A stretch of 63,575 bases of DNA, counting the filler, from Deltaproteobacteria bacterium (GTDB lineage Bacteria; JACQOV01): NCBI GenBank assembly GCA_016202395.1. It is 7 parts of 7 records of this genome, joined end to end, with 100 filler letters (N's around TTAATTAATTAA, not from the genome) between each part and the next. Parts side by side here need not be neighbours in the genome. Positions count along the whole stretch, not along the records: positions 51,782 to 56,722 come from JACQOV010000080.1; positions 56,823 to 63,575 come from JACQOV010000084.1; 5 more parts are not named here. One strand, written 5' to 3'. The notes under the pieces were generated by a model. It worked only from the letters and a program-made list of their open reading frames with translations, was not told where the DNA came from and made no database searches. Shown here piece after piece: positions 52,102 through 63,575 of this stretch (its first letter is position 1; each line of letters starts with the position of its first letter). The position numbers and the translations under genes were made by a program.

Positions 52102-53616
52102 ATGTTTAAATGTTCCATATCAAAAGCTAGTCTACAAGCCATTCGAGGGGATGTGTTGGTCCTAAGCCTCTTCGAAAACGAAGGGATTAGCGATCCTCTT
52201 ATGAAAGAGATCGACCAGCGTCTAAAAGGATGGATACGACAGCTCCTTAAAAACAAAGAGTTCCGCGGGAAAGTTCACGAATGCGAGTGGATTTCTGTCC
52301 CCACGGGGCTTGGGATAAGAAGGATCTTGCTCGTGGGCCTCGGCTCCAAGAAGAAATTCTGGATCGATACGGCTCGAAGGGTTGCGGGGACCGCAGCGCG
52401 AGAGATCACCCGCAAACGTTTCAAAAAAGTAACGATCCTCCTGCATGGCGCGGATGGAACAGACGTTTCCTCTAAAGCTCTGGCCCAAGCGGTGGTGGAA
52501 GGGACTGCTATTGGAGAATACCAGTTTGAGACTTACAAAACCGAGGAGACGAGCCACCGGAGGACAAAGATCCAATCGCTCCATCTTCTTGCCCCAAAAG
52601 GAGAATCGCTTTCAGCTCTAAAAACAGATGCGCAAAGGGGGCTGATTCTTGCCGAATGCCAAAATCAAGCCCGCGATATTATCAATACCCCTGCCAATGA
52701 GATTACCCCAAAACGTTTGACGGAGATCGCTCGCGAAGAGGCGCGACGTTGGGGTTTCAAAGTGAGAGTCTTTGATCTCCCCGAGATCAAACGCCTCCGC
52801 ATGGGAGGGCTGCTCAACGTGGGTCGAGGGAGCGAGAACCCTCCTCATTTTGTCGTTTTAGAACACGCCGGAAGAAAACGGAATGAAGCTCCCGTCGTGA
52901 TCGTTGGCAAAGGGATCACCTTTGATAGCGGTGGTCTTTCCTTAAAGCCAAGCAATAGCATGGAAACCATGAAGTATGACAAGGCAGGCGCGGTGGCCAC
53001 TCTCTATTCGCTGGTTGCTGCGGCTCGTTTGAAAATCTCTCAACGAGTGATCGGTCTGATGGCCATCGCTGAAAATCTCCCGAGTGGAAAAGCCTATAAA
53101 CCTGGGGATGTGGTGCGAACGATGTCGGGAAAGACCATTGAGGTGCTCAATACCGATGCCGAAGGGCGCGTAGTCCTTTCAGACGCATTGAGCTATGCGG
53201 AACGATACAATCCCAAGGCCGTAATCGACATCGCAACGCTCACAGGAGCCTGTGTGATCGCTTTGGGATACGACGCGATCGGGATGATGGGAAGAGAGAA
53301 AGACTCCAACGAAATTAAAGCGGCCTTAAAGAAAGCGGGTGAATTTACAGGGGAGCGTGTTTGGGAACTGCCGTTATGGGATGAATATTACGACGCCATC
53401 AAATCTCCAATCGCTGACATCAAAAACGTGGGGAATCGAGCCGCGGGAACAATTACAGCGGCTGCTTTCCTAGGTCATTTTACTGAAAAGTATCCGTGGG
53501 TTCATTTGGATATTGCAGGAGCCGGCTGGCTTGAGGAATCCAAGCCGTATCTCTCGAAAGGCCCTACCGGTGTCGGCGTCCGCCTCCTCACCCAATACCT
53601 TCTTGATCTTTCTTAG
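52102..53616 (+). CDS. pepA: Leucyl aminopeptidase (M17)
   Basis: VGKGITFDSGG, MKYD, NTDAEGR, HLDIAG. Confidence 0.96.
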   Translation: MFKCSISKASLQAIRGDVLVLSLFENEGISDPLMKEIDQRLKGWIRQLLKNKEFRGKVHECEWISVPTGLGIRRILLVGLGSKKKFWIDTARRVAGTAAREITRKRFKKVTILLHGADGTDVSSKALAQAVVEGTAIGEYQFETYKTEETSHRRTKIQSLHLLAPKGESLSALKTDAQRGLILAECQNQARDIINTPANEITPKRLTEIAREEARRWGFKVRVFDLPEIKRLRMGGLLNVGRGSENPPHFVVLEHAGRKRNEAPVVIVGKGITFDSGGLSLKPSNSMETMKYDKAGAVATLYSLVAAARLKISQRVIGLMAIAENLPSGKAYKPGDVVRTMSGKTIEVLNTDAEGRVVLSDALSYAERYNPKAVIDIATLTGACVIALGYDAIGMMGREKDSNEIKAALKKAGEFTGERVWELPLWDEYYDAIKSPIADIKNVGNRAAGTITAAAFLGHFTEKYPWVHLDIAGAGWLEESKPYLSKGPTGVGVRLLTQYLLDLS

Positions 53617-53678
53617 TACGGGAACGAACAGCAAACACAAGAAATGGCGTGAGACAAGGCGTCCGAAGATCAACCCAT

Positions 53679-53751
53679 GTCGTGTCCCAGAAATAACCTT
53701 CAGGCGCGAAGCCGCGAGGAGAGCGCCTGATGGGTATTTATGGGACACGAC
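53679..53751. other. Long intergenic hairpin between convergent pepA and pdaD
   Basis: GTCGTGTCCCA.AAATA..TCAGGCGC / GCGCCTGA..TATTT.TGGGACACGAC. Confidence 0.7.
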
Positions 53752-53752
53752 G

Positions 53753-54307
53753 CTAGCCGCAGAAGACGGCAGCCGCAATCACCGTATTCCACAACCCCTC
53801 TTTATCCACCGTTGCCGATTGGGTGATGTTGCGGGTCTTAACGGTATGGCCGCTAATCGTCCAAGCCTCTTTCTGCTCATCCCAACTCTTGTTCGGATCA
53901 AAATCAACACCGAGAATCGTCGCTAGCATATAGGCAGCAAGATCTTCGGCGTAATCTCCGGCGATCTCATCCGTTTGACCAAAACTGTGATGTTCTGAAA
54001 GATAACCATAGTTTTGATCGTCCATCGGCTGCGCGGTTCCGACAGAGGCGGCGATCAAGCGATGGGGCTCATTAGAGGCATTCTCTGAGATGACGACGTG
54101 AAGAATTTGTCCAGGTTGAAGCATGGCCTTCCCTTGACTAATGGGGATGATTTTACATTGGGGCGGAAGGATGCTGGAGACTCGCACAAGATTATATTCT
54201 GCAATGTTAGCATCACGCAGGGCCATCTCGAAACTCGTTAGTTTCTCTTTGTGACGCCCCAATCCTTTTGTCAGAAAACACCGCGATGGAACAAAAAAAC
54301 CTGCCAT
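53753..54307 (-). CDS. pdaD: Pyruvoyl-dependent arginine decarboxylase
   Basis: SFEMALRDA.IAEYNLVRVSSILPP (Ser-Ser cleavage site), YGYLSEHH. Confidence 0.88.
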   Translation of the reverse strand: MAGFFVPSRCFLTKGLGRHKEKLTSFEMALRDANIAEYNLVRVSSILPPQCKIIPISQGKAMLQPGQILHVVISENASNEPHRLIAASVGTAQPMDDQNYGYLSEHHSFGQTDEIAGDYAEDLAAYMLATILGVDFDPNKSWDEQKEAWTISGHTVKTRNITQSATVDKEGLWNTVIAAAVFCG

Positions 54308-54434
54308 ACTTCTTTCCCTCCTCTAAAAATAGTAATGAAAACCCTCCGAGTCGCATATTATGCGCTATTTTGGGAGCTTGTCAATACATAACACCCGTTG
54401 ACCCGTGATGTTGAGAGAGTCCTTGAAAACCTAG

Positions 54435-55496
<1,062 letters not shown>

Positions 55497-55498
55497 TT

Positions 55499-55621
55499 AG
55501 GATGTTGATAAAGGTCCATCTGCTTCGTTGGTCGCTTCGGCAGCTCCTCAGCGTACATAACAGTACGCTTGCGTCGCGCCTCAGCGACCTGCCTCGCATC
55601 TGGAGCCTTTATCAACATCCT
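55499..55621. mobile_element. MITE-like element between mreB and mreC
   Basis: Perfect 16-bp TIR AGGATGTTGATAAAGG; homologous to 32564-32718. Confidence 0.8.
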
Positions 55622-55635
55622 CAAAATGGCTGACC

Positions 55636-56451
55636 ATGAAAGGATTTTTTCGACGCTATCGCCCCCTTCTCACCGGCCTTCTTGTTTTTATCCTCTTCCT
55701 CGAATTGCTCTCGCTGGGGCTTAAGAAACCGGGGGAACCGGATTTCGTCTCTAAGTTCGTTATCAAAATGGGGGTATCGGCTGCCTCCATCTTCCATCAA
55801 GCGGCCGAAGCCATCCAGAATTTCGGAAAGAATTACATTTTTCTCACGCATCTGCGGAGCGAAAACGAGGGCCTGCGAAAAGAAGTGGCCCATCTCCAAG
55901 GGGAAAAAACCGCCTTATTGGAGGCTCTTCTTGAAAATGAACGACTCAAAGGGCTTCTTTATTTGCGCCAAAGCTTTCCCTCTCCCTCCGTCACGGCCCG
56001 AGTGATTGCAAGCGATCCTTCCACCTGGTCCAACACCCTCTGGATCGATCAAGGGAAAGAAGACGGCTTGCGAGAAAATCTCCCTGTGATTGCGGCTAAC
56101 GGAATCATTGGCAGAACCTGGAGAATCGAGGGGAAAAGGTGCCAAGTGTTACTGATCTCTCATCCTTTTAGCGCGGTAGACGGGATGATTCAAAGAACGC
56201 GCGCCCCGGGCATCGCCGTGGGAACTTCTGGGAAACTTTTAGAGGTAAAGTATGTCTCCTACAACGCAGATATTCAACCCGGGGATGTTCTTTTAACGAC
56301 CGGGCTCGAGGGAATCTTTCCTAAGGGAATGAGGATAGGTTTGATCGAGGATGTTTCGAAAGAGGAGAGTGGCCTTTTCCAAGAGGTGATATTAAGACCT
56401 TCGGTTGCACTCGACCAACTGGAAGAGGTATTGATTTTATTAAAAGAGTAA
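55636..56451 (+). CDS. mreC: Rod shape-determining protein MreC
   Basis: TM + coiled coil, ENERLK.LL, ARVI, TTGLEGIFPKG. Confidence 0.95.
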   Translation: MKGFFRRYRPLLTGLLVFILFLELLSLGLKKPGEPDFVSKFVIKMGVSAASIFHQAAEAIQNFGKNYIFLTHLRSENEGLRKEVAHLQGEKTALLEALLENERLKGLLYLRQSFPSPSVTARVIASDPSTWSNTLWIDQGKEDGLRENLPVIAANGIIGRTWRIEGKRCQVLLISHPFSAVDGMIQRTRAPGIAVGTSGKLLEVKYVSYNADIQPGDVLLTTGLEGIFPKGMRIGLIEDVSKEESGLFQEVILRPSVALDQLEEVLILLKE

Positions 56452-56469
56452 CGGGCAAAGACGTTCTTT

Positions 56470-56720
56470 GAGCGAACTTCAAAGGAGTTTTTGACCCATT
56501 TACGGGAGGTAGGTCTCTGAACTCGCTAGCATTTCTCGCCTAGCCACTGGTGGCTTCGCAAAGCAGCTACGTCCCCCGATCTCACCCCGGAGGAACACGC
56601 ATGGAAAGGATAGGCTTGGCGGATCGACACCGATCTTGAGCCATCCGCTCCGCTGCTCTGCGGAGCCAACAGTGGCACGGCTCGAAATGAACCGCTCGTT
56701 CAGAGACCTACCTCCCTTAG
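56470..56720. repeat. Long nested hairpin related to family A, at contig end
   Basis: TTTTTGACCCAT and TCTGAACTCG shared with family A; GGGAGGTAGGTCTCTGAAC / GTTCAGAGACCTACCTCCC perfect arms. Confidence 0.7.
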
Positions 56721-56822
56721 AGNNNNNNNNNNNNNNNNNNNNNNNNNNNNNNNNNNNNNNNNNNNNTTAATTAATTAANNNNNNNNNNNNNNNNNNNNNN
56801 NNNNNNNNNNNNNNNNNNNNNN

Positions 56823-57390
56823 ACTCACGAGTGCGAAAGATAAAATTGCCGGGCGTAATCTCATTTCGGAAAGATTTTCCAATCTGCCCAATTCCAAAAG
56901 GGAGTTTTTTACGAGAAGCGTTCAGAACATTCTCAAAGTTGACAAAAATTCCCTGAGCGGTTTCAGGACGAAGATAAGTTTTGGTGGCTGTTTCTTTGAC
57001 AGGCCCTAGAAAAACCTCCAGCATGAGATTGGCAGGTGTAGGTTCAGAGAGTTTTCCACCACAATGAGGACAGGCGTTCTCTTTGAGATGATCGGCTCGA
57101 TAATAGCGTTTGCAAGAAAGGCATCCGACGAAAGGATCAGCGAAACTATCCACATGGCCGCTGGCTTTCCACACCGTGGGATGCATCGATATGGCCGAAT
57201 CCAGCCCCACCATGTCGTCACGCAGTCGAATATTGTCCCGCCACCAAAGTCGTTTGATGTTGTTTTTAAATTCAACACCCAGCGGGCCATAATCCCACGC
57301 AGATCCTAAACCTCCATAGATCTCACTGCTCTGGAAAATGAAGCCGCGCCGCTTGCAAAGCGATACAATCGCATCCATCTCCGCCGGCAT
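56823..57390 (-). CDS. glyQS: Glycine--tRNA ligase, alpha2 (GlyQS) type, 3'-truncated
   Basis: [41 protein letters not shown]. Confidence 0.95.
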
Positions 57391-57461
57391 AGTTCCCTCC
57401 GTTTGGGAAGATACGGTATCATCCCTTCCTAAGAAAATCAATTTGATGATATAATGTCTCT

Positions 57462-58799
57462 ATGCAAACCCCGCACATTCGGACGACGCTGCCAGGCCCG
57501 AAGGCAAAACAGCTGATTAAAAGCGATGAAAATTATCTCTCCCCTTCCTACACCCGTCTTTATCCACTGGCTGTGAAACGGGGGAAAGGGATGATGATCG
57601 AGGATGTAGATGGAAATCGCTTCTTGGATTTCACGGCAGGCATCGCCGTTTGCGCCACAGGCCATTGTCATCCCCGAATCGTGAAGGCCATTGGCCGTCA
57701 ATCGAAAAAACTCCTTCACATGTCGGGAACCGATTTCTACTACGCCCCACAACGGGATCTAGCGCGAAAGCTCACTCAAATAGCTCCGGGAAAGTCGCCC
57801 AAAAAGGTTTTCTTTACCAATTCGGGGGCCGAGTCGGTGGAGGCCGCCTTTAAACTCGCTCGCTACCATACGAAGCGACATCACATGATCGCCTTTTTCG
57901 GCGCCTTTCATGGTCGAACGATGGGGGCGCTCTCTTTAACCGGAAGCAAGGTCACGCAACGAAAAGGTTTTGAACCCCTCATTCCGGATGTCACACACGT
58001 CGGCTATGGATACTGCTATCGCTGTCCTTACAACCTCACCTATGGAAGCTGTGGAATGGAGTGTGTCAGCTACATCGAAAACTACATCTTTAAAAAGACC
58101 GTTGCGCCCGAGGAGGTCGCAGCCATTATTGTGGAACCGATCCAGGGAGAAGGAGGCTACATCGTGCCTCCGCCAGAGTATCACCGAATGCTCAAGGCGC
58201 TGGCCGAGAAATACGGAATCCTCTACATCGTCGATGAGGTGCAAACGGGGATGGGACGGACGGGGAAGATGTTTGCGATGGAACACTGGGGGATAGAGCC
58301 GGACATTATTTGTGTGGCCAAAGGGATCGCCTCGGGGTTGCCGCTGGGCGCCATCATTGCGAGGGCGGAGATTATGGATTGGGAGAAAGGATCTCATGCC
58401 AGCACCTTTGGTGGCAATCCCGTTTCGTGTGTGGCCGCGCTAGAAACAATCTCTCTTTTGGAAGAGGGGCTGATAGAAAATGCCGCCAAAATGGGGAAGT
58501 TTCTCATGGAAGAGCTTCAAAAAATGCAAAATCGTCATCGATGGATAGGAGAGGTTCGAGGCCTGGGTTTGATGGTGGGTGTGGACCTCGTGAAAGATCC
58601 ATTGACAAGAGAGCCCGCTACTGCGCAGCGGCAAGAGATTCTGGAACGTTGCTTTCAAAAGGGGCTCCTCCTTTTAGGTTGTGGAGAGAGTGCGGTCCGT
58701 TTTTCACCCCCGTTGATTGTGAACCGTAAAGAGATCGAGATCGCCTTGGAGATCTTCGATGAGATTCTAACCGAGGTCGAAGCGAACCCCTTGGGCTAG
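57462..58799 (+). CDS. Class III aminotransferase (4-aminobutyrate/ornithine/lysine omega-aminotransferase family)
   Basis: NSGAESVEAA, AFHGRT, EPIQGEGG, DEVQTGMGRTG, AKGIASG. Confidence 0.9.
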   Translation: MQTPHIRTTLPGPKAKQLIKSDENYLSPSYTRLYPLAVKRGKGMMIEDVDGNRFLDFTAGIAVCATGHCHPRIVKAIGRQSKKLLHMSGTDFYYAPQRDLARKLTQIAPGKSPKKVFFTNSGAESVEAAFKLARYHTKRHHMIAFFGAFHGRTMGALSLTGSKVTQRKGFEPLIPDVTHVGYGYCYRCPYNLTYGSCGMECVSYIENYIFKKTVAPEEVAAIIVEPIQGEGGYIVPPPEYHRMLKALAEKYGILYIVDEVQTGMGRTGKMFAMEHWGIEPDIICVAKGIASGLPLGAIIARAEIMDWEKGSHASTFGGNPVSCVAALETISLLEEGLIENAAKMGKFLMEELQKMQNRHRWIGEVRGLGLMVGVDLVKDPLTREPATAQRQEILERCFQKGLLLLGCGESAVRFSPPLIVNRKEIEIALEIFDEILTEVEANPLG

Positions 58800-60287
58800 T
58801 GAAAGATTTTTACCAAAATGGATTGTGCAGGTTTGACGACGCATGTAGACTTTCCACGCATCAGAGCCGGCCTCTCTTCCGCCGCCAGTCTCTTTTTCTC
58901 CGCCAAAAGCTCCACCGATCTCTGCGCCAGAGGTTGCGATGTTGACATTGGCAATACCGCAGTCGCTCCCCATCGCTGAAAGAAACAGCTCGGCTTCTCG
59001 AAGATCGTTGGTGAAAATCCCTGAAGAGAGCCCTTGAGGGACGGCGTTGTGAATTTGAATCGCCTCTTCTAAACGGTCGTAGGTCATCATGTAAAGAATA
59101 GGAGCAAACGTCTCCTCTTGAACCATGGGCATCTTAGGGTCCGCCTGAACAAGGGCGGGTTGGACGAAGTAACCGGACCGTTTCAATCGCTTTCCCCCGT
59201 AGAGAATTTTTCCCCCTTGCCTTTGAATCTCCTCCGCCGCCTCCATCATCCTTTGAACCGCAGATTCTGCAATCAAAGGCCCCATCAAAACCTCCTTCTT
59301 CCAAGGCTCCCCAATCGAAATCTGTTTGTAGGCTCGAATTAATTGACGAGTGAATTTCTTAGCAATAGAACGATGAAGAATAAGTCGCCGGAGTGTGGTG
59401 CATCGTTGCCCTGAGGTCCCCACCGCAGCAAACAAAATAGACCGCAACGCTAAATCGAGATTGGCGCTCGGAGCGACAATGGCGGCGTTATTCCCTCCAA
59501 GCTCAAGGAGGGTGCGCCCCAAACGTTGCGCTACCGCCTCTGCCACCCTCTTCCCCATCGCGCAACTCCCCGTTGCTGAAATCAGAGGGAGTCGCCGATC
59601 CTGAGCCATCCATTCTCCAATCTCCGCGCCATCTCCAATGCAGAGATTAAAAACCCCATCGAGCTCCTCTTTTGCCAAAACTTTACGAATAATGTTTTGG
59701 ACGGCAATCGCGGTCAGAGGCGTCCGCGAAGAAGGCTTCCAGAGGAGGGTATCGCCACAAACGGCGGCAACAAAAGCATTCCAGGACCACACGGCGACAG
59801 GAAAGTTAAAAGCGGTAATGACTCCAATCGGCCCGAGCGGATGCCATTGTTCGAACATCCGGTGATCGGGCCGCTCACTGGCGATGGTTAACCCATAAAG
59901 CTGACGGGAAAGCCCCACAGAGAAATCGGCGATATCGATCATCTCTTGAACTTCCCCCTCCCCTTCCGCAAGAATCTTTCCCGTTTCCAACGTCACAAGA
60001 AGCCCCAGCGCTTTTCTATTTTTTCGTAGAGCCTCTCCAATTTTTCGCACAATCTCCCCGCGCCGAGGAGGTGGGAGCAAGGACCATTTCTTAAAACCTT
60101 TTTGAGCCTTTTCTAAGACCCTCTCATAATCTTCTCTAGAGGCCGAGAGGACCCGAGCCATGGGTTTGCCTGTGGAAGGATTCACAGAAAGAATCTCTGG
60201 CCCTTTGGGTTTTCGGATCCAATCTCCGGAAAAGACCCCAGAGTTGATTGAATGGATTCCTAATTTTTGGAGAACGGTATTCGTCAT
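58767..60287 (-). CDS. Aldehyde dehydrogenase, ALDH7/piperideine-6-carboxylate dehydrogenase type
   Basis: GEVQEMIDI.DF.VGLSRQL, LELGGNNA, GQRCT, SGAEIGGAFGGEK. Confidence 0.92.
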   Translation of the reverse strand: MTNTVLQKLGIHSINSGVFSGDWIRKPKGPEILSVNPSTGKPMARVLSASREDYERVLEKAQKGFKKWSLLPPPRRGEIVRKIGEALRKNRKALGLLVTLETGKILAEGEGEVQEMIDIADFSVGLSRQLYGLTIASERPDHRMFEQWHPLGPIGVITAFNFPVAVWSWNAFVAAVCGDTLLWKPSSRTPLTAIAVQNIIRKVLAKEELDGVFNLCIGDGAEIGEWMAQDRRLPLISATGSCAMGKRVAEAVAQRLGRTLLELGGNNAAIVAPSANLDLALRSILFAAVGTSGQRCTTLRRLILHRSIAKKFTRQLIRAYKQISIGEPWKKEVLMGPLIAESAVQRMMEAAEEIQRQGGKILYGGKRLKRSGYFVQPALVQADPKMPMVQEETFAPILYMMTYDRLEEAIQIHNAVPQGLSSGIFTNDLREAELFLSAMGSDCGIANVNIATSGAEIGGAFGGEKETGGGREAGSDAWKVYMRRQTCTIHFGKNLSLAQGVRFDLG

Positions 60288-60296
60288 AGCGCCAAT

Positions 60297-60632
60297 CTAC
60301 AACGAAGAAGGAAGAAAAGCAAAACATGCCGCGGCAATAATAAGCAAGAAAGCGACGAGATGATTCCAGCGAGGATACTCGCTCAAATAAAGGATGGAAA
60401 AACCAACGAAAACAACCAAGGTAATCACTTCCTGAATAACTTTAAGCTGGGCCGCGGAGAATTGGCCATAACCCATCCGATTCGCAGGAACCTGCAAACA
60501 ATATTCAAAAAAGGCAATCGACCAACTCACAATAATGGCGATCCAAAGAGGGGCGCTCCTATATTTTAGGTGACCATACCATGCGAATGTCATGAAGATA
60601 TTGCTAGCAAACAAAAGGAAAACGGTTTTCAT
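60297..60632 (-). CDS. Small DMT-family membrane protein (DUF486-like)
   Basis: SNIFMTFAWYGHLK, EYCLQVPANR.G, QLKVIQEVITL. Confidence 0.88.
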   Translation of the reverse strand: MKTVFLLFASNIFMTFAWYGHLKYRSAPLWIAIIVSWSIAFFEYCLQVPANRMGYGQFSAAQLKVIQEVITLVVFVGFSILYLSEYPRWNHLVAFLLIIAAACFAFLPSSL

Positions 60633-60638
60633 CTCTTC

Positions 60639-61394
60639 CTACCTCCTAAAAGCGTCGAGAAGGGGTTGCGAGCGAATAGGGCGAGTGAGTCGAAGACTCA
60701 AAGCATGCCCCAAAAAGCGGCGCGATTCTTCCTTTATTTTTTCGTTGAATAATAGCTCTTTCAGCCCATCGAGAGTGGTCTCAAGCCCCCGTTGCATCAC
60801 GTGTGTGGTTTCGGGGGAAAGTCGAGTCACCCAAGGGAGATCGATCGAGCAGCCTTCGCAGAGGACGAGACCTTTGTCCCGAGAATAGTAACGATCCCCC
60901 GTGGGGAGCAAGCTAGACTGGCAAACACCACACCACTCGAAGTTAGGACGATAGCCACAGTAGAAAAGGGTTTTAAGCTCGAAAAAATCCCGAGCCTCTG
61001 GAACCCAATCCCCTCTTTCCAATTCCTGAAAAGAACTCTTCAGCAAGTCGAATAGCTCGGGATGGGGCTCGCGGTCTGGAATGGAAAGAGAAGTCAGCTC
61101 CAAAAGATAACAGGCGGTCATAAAGCGATCGGGGTGCTGCGAAATCCGATCAAAGGAATGAATCATCTTAGAATCTTCAACACGCCCTAATTCAAATCCC
61201 TCTTTTTCGACAAAGGTAATATAGAGATGATAGGCGAGATCGAGGCCGTTGGGGAAACGCCGACGGCTTCGCTTGGCTCCTTTAGCGATCCCTCGGATTT
61301 TCCCAAACTCTCGAGTGAAGAAGGTGACGATCCGATCGGATTCACCATAATCGATCCCCTGCAAGATAATGGCTTCTGCTTCAAACCGTCTCAT
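60639..61394 (-). CDS. recO: DNA repair protein RecO
   Basis: DYGESDRIVTFFT..GK..IAKGAKRS; CxxC..CxxC zinc finger. Confidence 0.93.
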   Translation of the reverse strand: MRRFEAEAIILQGIDYGESDRIVTFFTREFGKIRGIAKGAKRSRRRFPNGLDLAYHLYITFVEKEGFELGRVEDSKMIHSFDRISQHPDRFMTACYLLELTSLSIPDREPHPELFDLLKSSFQELERGDWVPEARDFFELKTLFYCGYRPNFEWCGVCQSSLLPTGDRYYSRDKGLVLCEGCSIDLPWVTRLSPETTHVMQRGLETTLDGLKELLFNEKIKEESRRFLGHALSLRLTRPIRSQPLLDAFRR

Positions 61395-61789
61395 CAAACC
61401 TCGAAGGCGTGGGGGAGAAGATCCTTCAAACCCCACGTATGAAGATGCCCTTTCTTGTCATTAGAAACCACCACTTGTAATTGAGGCGCAAATTCCCAAA
61501 GGATCTGACGGCAAGCGCCGCAAGGGAAAGGGGTTTTTCTCCCATTGGCAACAACGGCGATATGAGAAAATCGCCTCTCTCCTTCGGACAACGCTTTGAA
61601 AAGAGCCACCCTCTCCGCGCAAAGGGTGAGCATGTAGCTCGGATTGACGATATTTCCTCCTCGAAAGATTTTCCCAGAAGAGGTCCTTAATGCGGCTCCC
61701 ACACGATATCCTGAAGGAGTCGGGATTGCATGCCTCATGGCTCTGCGTGCTTCCTTTAACAATTTTTGAAGTGATTTTGAATCTGCCAT
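61394..61789 (-). CDS. cdd: Cytidine deaminase
   Basis: VGAAL, CAERVA, PCGACRQ. Confidence 0.92.
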   Translation of the reverse strand: MADSKSLQKLLKEARRAMRHAIPTPSGYRVGAALRTSSGKIFRGGNIVNPSYMLTLCAERVALFKALSEGERRFSHIAVVANGRKTPFPCGACRQILWEFAPQLQVVVSNDKKGHLHTWGLKDLLPHAFEV

Positions 61790-61791
61790 GG

Positions 61792-62535
61792 CTATCTTTC
61801 TAGGGCTCGAATCTCTTTCTGAGATTGTTCCACTAATTCTTGTGGAGCTCCAATCTCCACCACTTTTTGGAAAGCCTCGATCGCTTTTCTCCCTTCGAGT
61901 TGATCCCGTCGGACCAAACCGAGGTCGTAGTAGGCTTGCGCGGAGTTCGGCCGAAGCTCCACCACCTTCTGAAAATCATTGGCGGCGTTATCGAGTCGCC
62001 GCAGCTCTTTATAAGCCAACCCTCGATTGAGATAAGCGAGATCGTATTTCACATTGTAACGGATCGCTTGATCGTAGTATTCAATCGCTTTCATCAGCTC
62101 CCCTTGCCTTTGATAAGCAAAACCGATGTTCGTGAACGGCACCTCGGGGCGAGGATACGTGAGATCCACTGTCACTTTTTGGAAGGCCTCAATCGCCTTT
62201 CCCCATCGCTCTTGTTTGAGATAAACTGCTCCCAAATTATTATAAGCCTCGGTAAATTTGGGAGTTAAGTCCAACGCCTGCTGGAACTCTTTTTCCGCCT
62301 CCTCCAAACGCTCCAAGCCATAGTAAGCAAGCCCCAAAGCGTTGTGAACAGCTGCCTTGCGAGGCTCTAGCTCGGCGGCTTTCACTAACTCACGAAGCGC
62401 AGAGGCGTCATTCCCCTCTCCAAGATAAGAGATACCGAGTTTGTAGCGAACCTCTCCCTCATTTTGGATCGGTGGAGGGGCAGAGACGCATCCGATCCAT
62501 AACAAGAGGATGGGTAAAAGAAGCCATGACTTCAT
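61792..62535 (-). CDS. TPR lipoprotein, PilF/PilW/Tgl pilotin-like
   Basis: Lipobox WIGC; multiple TPRs; DLTYPRPE motif. Confidence 0.8.
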   Translation of the reverse strand: MKSWLLLPILLLWIGCVSAPPPIQNEGEVRYKLGISYLGEGNDASALRELVKAAELEPRKAAVHNALGLAYYGLERLEEAEKEFQQALDLTPKFTEAYNNLGAVYLKQERWGKAIEAFQKVTVDLTYPRPEVPFTNIGFAYQRQGELMKAIEYYDQAIRYNVKYDLAYLNRGLAYKELRRLDNAANDFQKVVELRPNSAQAYYDLGLVRRDQLEGRKAIEAFQKVVEIGAPQELVEQSQKEIRALER

Positions 62536-63413
62536 TGGAATCGTCCTTTCAGCAGCCATTCGAGCCCTTTTTTGGCTTTTCGAGGGGCTTTTTTAAGATC
62601 GGTAACGATGGCCCCTTCGAGCGCGTGGCCACAGACACAATCTCTCTCCTTGGGGATTCGAGGGATGAGCCCTCCTAGAATCTTCTTTGCCGCAGCCACA
62701 TTTTCTAGTAGTCGTTGAATGACCATCTCCGTCGTCACCGACACCTCGTTCTCATTCCAGCAATCGTAATCGGTCACCAAAGCGAGGCTCGCGTAACAGA
62801 TCTCGGCTTCACGGGCGAGACGGGCCTCCGGAAGATTGGTCATGCCAATCACGTCCACTCCCCAACTTCGATAAACCCGCGACTCCCCTTGAGTTGAAAA
62901 CTGAGGCCCTTCAATGCAAAGATAGGTCCCTCCGCGGTGAACTCTTTTCCCCGATTTAGAAGCAATCGAGAACAGGAGATCGCTCAAGTGAGGACAAACG
63001 GGCTGCGCCATAGCCACATGGGCCGCAACACCGCCGCCAAAATAGGTGCTTTTTCGATTTTGGGTCCGATCAAAAAACTGGTCGGGAACCAAAAAATCCC
63101 CCGGCTCAATCTTCTCCTTCATGCTTCCTACAGCGCTGACCGAGATGATTTGTTCCACCCCAATTTTTTTAAAGGCATAGATGTTGGCTCGGAAGTTGAT
63201 CTCGGAAGGGAGGATCGTGTGCCCACGACCGTGCCGGGGCAAGAAGGCAACAGGGGCCCCTTCGAGAACGCCACAGATGAAATCATCGGAAGGACTCCCG
63301 TAGGGGGTGGAAACTGAACGAGTGACGACCTCTTTCAATCCTTCGATCTGATAAAGGCCGCTTCCCCCAATCACCCCGATTCGAATCTTGGATCTCTTTT
63401 CTTTGGACATCAT
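62532..63413 (-). CDS. mtnP: S-methyl-5'-thioadenosine phosphorylase (start revised)
   Basis: IGGSGLY, FLPRHG, EGPQFST, GMTN.PEA.LAREAE, VTDYDCW. Confidence 0.95.
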   Translation of the reverse strand: MMSKEKRSKIRIGVIGGSGLYQIEGLKEVVTRSVSTPYGSPSDDFICGVLEGAPVAFLPRHGRGHTILPSEINFRANIYAFKKIGVEQIISVSAVGSMKEKIEPGDFLVPDQFFDRTQNRKSTYFGGGVAAHVAMAQPVCPHLSDLLFSIASKSGKRVHRGGTYLCIEGPQFSTQGESRVYRSWGVDVIGMTNLPEARLAREAEICYASLALVTDYDCWNENEVSVTTEMVIQRLLENVAAAKKILGGLIPRIPKERDCVCGHALEGAIVTDLKKAPRKAKKGLEWLLKGRFQ

Positions 63414-63456
63414 GTTCGAGCTATTATAAGAGAGATCAACAAAAATGGGAAGAGAC

Positions 63457-63575
63457 TGTACTGGACGGGTACATCGGTAACACTTTATGATGTTGGTAAT
63501 GGAAGGCGATGGGGGTTTGATATCCCAGGGCCTGATGGGGTCGATGGAAGTTATATTCAATCAACCATTCTGTCA
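63457..63575 (+). mobile_element. Probable IS end (IS481-like) running off the window
   Basis: Same sequence as 44546-44647 in opposite orientation; starts TGTAC. Confidence 0.65.

Noticed and set aside
63414-63560. N-terminal extension of mtnP in the ORF track
   Set aside because: Derives from promoter and IS-end sequence; real start near 63413

Overview
Bacterial genome fragment, most consistent with a diderm 'deltaproteobacterial' MAG (Myxococcus/Geobacter-type pilA-pilGHI, Tgl/PilF-like lipoprotein, lptE, many sigma54 promoters; taxonomy is inference). It is seven contigs joined by artificial 100-nt N/TTAATTAATTAA spacers, so adjacency across spacers is unproven. Contents: a sigma54-preceded outer-membrane locus (two FadL-like barrels, a Cys-rich lipoprotein, a secreted ORFan missed by the ORF track); a CymR-CysK / ThrC-like-MoaD-NIL-CysM / ABC / Sat sulfur-assimilation operon; ruvCAB-yebC; 5S and partial 23S rRNA; type IV pilin cluster; many housekeeping genes; hicAB; two ends of a probable IS481-family element; and several families of palindromic intergenic repeats. 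Most interesting: (1) two tandem 'minimal Rhs' genes (Sec signal peptide fused directly to the Rhs core, variable C-terminus, no YD shell, no visible immunity gene) at the end of an ABC exporter-methyltransferase gene string, each carrying an in-frame REP-like hairpin; (2) a regulatory-domain-less sigma54 activator with a tandem perfect palindrome upstream that recurs 35 kb away; (3) a co-varying bipartite hairpin element upstream of both eno and murJ.
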